A stretch of DNA of 10,217 nt from assembly GCA_029932605.1 (NCBI GenBank), contig JAOZPT010000034.1:1-10217 (forward strand), written 5' to 3'. The notes under the pieces were generated by a model. It saw only the letters and a list, made by a program, of their open reading frames with translations. It was not told the origin of the DNA and searched no databases. A program made the position numbers and the translations under genes. Positions 8,034 to 10,217 of the stretch are shown one piece after another (within the stretch, counting starts at the first letter, position 1; each line of letters opens with the position of its first letter). This DNA is from Candidatus Zixiibacteriota bacterium (GTDB lineage Bacteria; Zixibacteria; MSB-5A5; UBA10806; 4484-95).

Positions 8034-8064
8034 CCCGAGGGTTTGGTCCGTCGGGTATTTTATT
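8034..8064 (+). terminator. Probable intrinsic terminator after rpmA
   Basis: Stem CCCGA (8034-8038)/TCGGG (8051-8055), extended after a mismatch by GG/CC, followed by the T-rich tail TATTTTATT (8056-8064). Starts 8 nt after the rpmA stop. Confidence 0.55.
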
Positions 8065-8070
8065 ATATAG

Positions 8071-8092
8071 AAATGTGAATAAAATCACATTA
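8071..8092. promoter_or_regulatory. CRP/FNR-family-type (alternatively Rex-like) palindromic operator upstream of the elbB-like/fumarase operon
   Basis: AAATGTGA-ATAAAA-TCACATTA: a perfect TGTGA-N6-TCACA core (8074-8089) extending to AATGTGA/TCACATT (8072-8091). Matches the CRP consensus AAATGTGA-N6-TCACATTT at all but the last flanking base. Ends a few bases before the ATG at 8097. Confidence 0.65.
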
Positions 8093-8096
8093 ATTA

Positions 8097-8735
8097 ATGT
8101 CTGAAATTCGTAGCAAAATCCCCCAAAGAATCGGTGTTCTCCTATCGTGTGAATCCCTTTGGGAAGTTGTTTTCAGTTTTTACCAGATAGAGAAAAATGG
8201 TTGTATGAGAATGGCTATTGTTTTTGATTTGGTCGAGGATGATTTTAAGAAAAAATTATTATTTTATAAGAATATATCTCGAATAGAGCTGATGAAAGTC
8301 TCAGAAACCAAAATCGGTGCCCTCAAGGCGTTGATAATGACTGCTGGTGAATATGAATTTAACAGCCTGTGTAATTTTGAACAGGCAGTTGAGTCCTTTT
8401 CTATTGATAATAATTTACGATCTTTTATTAAGGCGGTTTACAGGCGAGGCTTACCGATCGGGGCATTTGGTTTTGCGGTTCCGCTTTTAGTGAGGTCTAT
8501 CCAGGGCATAACAAAATCCGGACCGATAGTAACTGTCGGTAATGACCCCAGGCTTCAAGTGGGGATAGAAACGTCCGGCGCCCAGGCAGTTTCCACCAGG
8601 CCAACCGAGGTTATAATCGACCATGAAAATAAACTGGTAACATCAGGAGGGCAACTTGCCTCAAACCGGCCGCTTGATGTGGCCGCCGACTGTGAAAATA
8701 TGTTTAAAGCAATAATGGAACTTATCAAAGGATAG
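8097..8735 (+). CDS. ElbB/ES1(GATD3)-like DJ-1/PfpI superfamily (class I glutamine amidotransferase-like) protein, predicted catalytically inactive
   Basis: 212 aa, alignable by eye with E. coli ElbB as I recall it: RIGVLLSC ~ KIGVILSGC; ALIMTAG...NSLCNF ~ ALIVPGG...KNLSNF; GLPIGAFGFAVP ~ GKPLGFMCIAP; VTVGND ~ LTIGTD; EVIIDHENKLVTS ~ DIVVDEDNKIVTT. The nucleophile Cys position is Gly125. No clear SD before ATG 8097, so the start is uncertain. Confidence 0.8.
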   Translation: MSEIRSKIPQRIGVLLSCESLWEVVFSFYQIEKNGCMRMAIVFDLVEDDFKKKLLFYKNISRIELMKVSETKIGALKALIMTAGEYEFNSLCNFEQAVESFSIDNNLRSFIKAVYRRGLPIGAFGFAVPLLVRSIQGITKSGPIVTVGNDPRLQVGIETSGAQAVSTRPTEVIIDHENKLVTSGGQLASNRPLDVAADCENMFKAIMELIKG

Positions 8736-8738
8736 TCT

Positions 8739-9578
8739 ATGCGTGAAATCGATGCAAAACAGATCTCCTCAGCTGTTAAAAGGCTGTGTATGGATGCCAA
8801 CTATTATCTCGTAGAGGATGTCCTGACAGCTTTGAAAAAATATGAAAAAGAGGAGGAATCGCCGCTTGGCAAAGAGATCTTGAACCAGATTATCAAAAAT
8901 GCTGACATAGCTTCAAAAAACCAGATGCCGCTTTGTCAGGATACTGGTCTAACCGTAGTTTTTGCCGAGGTCGGCCAGGAGGTTCATGTAAACGGTGATT
9001 TTAACGAGTCAATTCAGGAGGGTGTCCGCCAGGGCTACAAAGATGGTTACCTCAGAAAATCAATAGTCGAGGATCCACTAAGGCGGAAGAACACCGGCGA
9101 TAATACACCAGCAGTAATCTCTACTAAGCTTGTAGCTGGCGACAAGATTAAAATTACAATTTTGCCCAAAGGTGGCGGTTCGGAGAATATGAGCCGTATT
9201 AAAGTCCTCAAGCCAGCTGATGGCGAGCAAGGTGTTAAGGATTTCGTTGTCGAAACAATCAGAATTGCCGGTGGCAATCCCTGCCCGCCATTGATTGTGG
9301 GTGTTGGAATCGGTGGCACTTTCGATAAAGCGGCTTACCTTGCCAAATATTCTCTTCTGCGCAAAGTAGGAAGTAAACATCCTGATCCCTATTATGCTGG
9401 TATGGAGGAAGAATTGTTGGAACGTATAAACAAAACCGGTATAGGGCCGATGGGTCTGGGAGGCCGGACCACCGCCATCGCTGTGCATATCGAGGCTCAT
9501 CCCTGCCACATTGCAAGCCTGCCGGTGGCTGTCAATACCCAATGCCATTCAGCCCGTCATAAAACAACTATTATCTGA
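8739..9578 (+). CDS. fumA: Class I Fe-S fumarate hydratase, two-subunit type, alpha subunit (TtdA/FumA N-terminal hydro-lyase family)
   Basis: 279 aa. MREI start, PLCQDTG, GYLRKSIV, NTGDNTPA, KGGGSEN, NPCPP..VGVGIGGT, IGPMGLGG, PCHIAS, QCHSARH, including the expected 4Fe-4S Cys ligands. KGGGSEN favours fumarate hydratase over L-tartrate dehydratase. Confidence 0.92.
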   Translation: MREIDAKQISSAVKRLCMDANYYLVEDVLTALKKYEKEEESPLGKEILNQIIKNADIASKNQMPLCQDTGLTVVFAEVGQEVHVNGDFNESIQEGVRQGYKDGYLRKSIVEDPLRRKNTGDNTPAVISTKLVAGDKIKITILPKGGGSENMSRIKVLKPADGEQGVKDFVVETIRIAGGNPCPPLIVGVGIGGTFDKAAYLAKYSLLRKVGSKHPDPYYAGMEEELLERINKTGIGPMGLGGRTTAIAVHIEAHPCHIASLPVAVNTQCHSARHKTTII

Positions 9579-9589
9579 GGATTGAAATT

Positions 9590-10144
9590 ATGGATTACAT
9601 AAAATTAACTCCGCCATTAAAAGATGATGATATTGAAAAGCTTAAGGCCGGTGACAGGGTTTTAATCAATGGTTATATGTTCACCGCCCGTGATGCCGCC
9701 CATAAGAGACTTGTTGAGCTTATCGATAAAAACGAGAATCTGCCGTTTGACCCAACCGGCCAGATAATCTATTTTGTTGGACCGGCTCCTGCCAAACCCG
9801 GGCAGGTGATGAACTCCGCCGGACCGACAACCTCCGGCAGGATGAATCCGTATTCGCCCAAAGTAATTGCTGCCGGCCTGAAGGGGATGGTTGGCAAGGG
9901 TGAAATGGGGCCGGGTGTGGTCGAGGCGATGAAAAAGCACAAGGCTGTTTATATGGTGGCAACCGGTGGTGCCGGTGCCCTTATCGCCAACGCTATCACC
10001 GGCTCGGAGATTGTGGCCTATGAGGAACTAGGCGCTGAGGCTGTGCGCAAACTCACCGTTAGGGATTTCCCGGCTATCGTCGCCCAGGATTGCCACGGCG
10101 GTAACATCTTCATTGAGGGTGTGAAGAAGTATAAAAGGGAATAA
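9590..10144 (+). CDS. fumB: Class I Fe-S fumarate hydratase, two-subunit type, beta subunit (TtdB/FumA C-terminal family)
   Basis: 184 aa. LKAGDRV...G..FTARDAAHKRL, IYFVGPAP, AGPTTSGRM, MVGKG, TGGAGAL, YEELGAEAV, DFPAIV..DCHG. SD GAGGA precedes the ATG; lies directly downstream of the alpha subunit. Confidence 0.92.
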   Translation: MDYIKLTPPLKDDDIEKLKAGDRVLINGYMFTARDAAHKRLVELIDKNENLPFDPTGQIIYFVGPAPAKPGQVMNSAGPTTSGRMNPYSPKVIAAGLKGMVGKGEMGPGVVEAMKKHKAVYMVATGGAGALIANAITGSEIVAYEELGAEAVRKLTVRDFPAIVAQDCHGGNIFIEGVKKYKRE

Positions 10145-10150
10145 TAAAGT

Positions 10151-10217
10151 TGTAGGTTGAGTCCCTTGTGGATTTGACATGATTCAAAAGGGGCAGACCA
10201 TGAGGTCTACTGCCCAC
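10151..10217. repeat. Pair of degenerate GTAG-type REP-like hairpins in opposite orientation (BIME-like), probably also acting as the operon 3' stem-loop
   Basis: Unit 1: GTAG (10152-10155, sharing its last G with the stem region), then GTTGAGTCC (10155-10164 region)-CTTGT-GGATTTGAC (10170-10178), a 9-bp stem with three G.T pairs. Unit 2: GGGCAGACC-ATGA-GGTCT(ACT)GCCC (10191-10215) ending in CCAC, which resembles CTAC (reverse complement of GTAG). Runs to the window edge. Confidence 0.55.

Noticed and set aside
8555..9962. Antisense ORFs 8555-8800, 9047-9319, 9078-9548, 9259-9516, 9662-9940 and 9720-9962
   Set aside because: They overlap the elbB-like and fumarase genes on the opposite strand, have no domain signatures, and are expected from codon structure.
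8739..10144. L(+)-tartrate dehydratase TtdAB identity
   Set aside because: Same family, but the KGGGSEN motif matches the fumarate-hydratase branch and no tartrate transporter or regulator is adjacent. It is not fully excluded without phylogeny or an assay.

Overview
Bacterial chromosomal housekeeping region with all ten real genes on the + strand: lysS (class II Lys-tRNA synthetase), lolC/E and lolD (lipoprotein-release ABC transporter, implying a diderm host), mcsA-mcsB-clpC (protein-arginine kinase/ClpC module with no ctsR in front), a 201-bp AT-rich intergenic gap, a stand-alone rpmA (L27), an ElbB/ES1-like DJ-1/PfpI-superfamily protein that has lost its catalytic Cys, and the alpha and beta subunits of a two-subunit class I Fe-S fumarate hydratase. 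The window ends in a pair of degenerate GTAG-type REP-like hairpins. I see no mobile element genes, CRISPR array, or tRNA/rRNA, and no clearly new multi-gene system. The best leads are: (i) an apparent ElbB-like pseudo-enzyme abutting the fumarase genes, behind a near-perfect CRP-type palindrome; (ii) a perfect 8-7-8 inverted repeat upstream of the CtsR-less mcsA-mcsB-clpC; (iii) rpmA detached from rplU/obgE, behind a degenerate repeated and structured leader. All alignments were done by eye against remembered family motifs; no searches were run.
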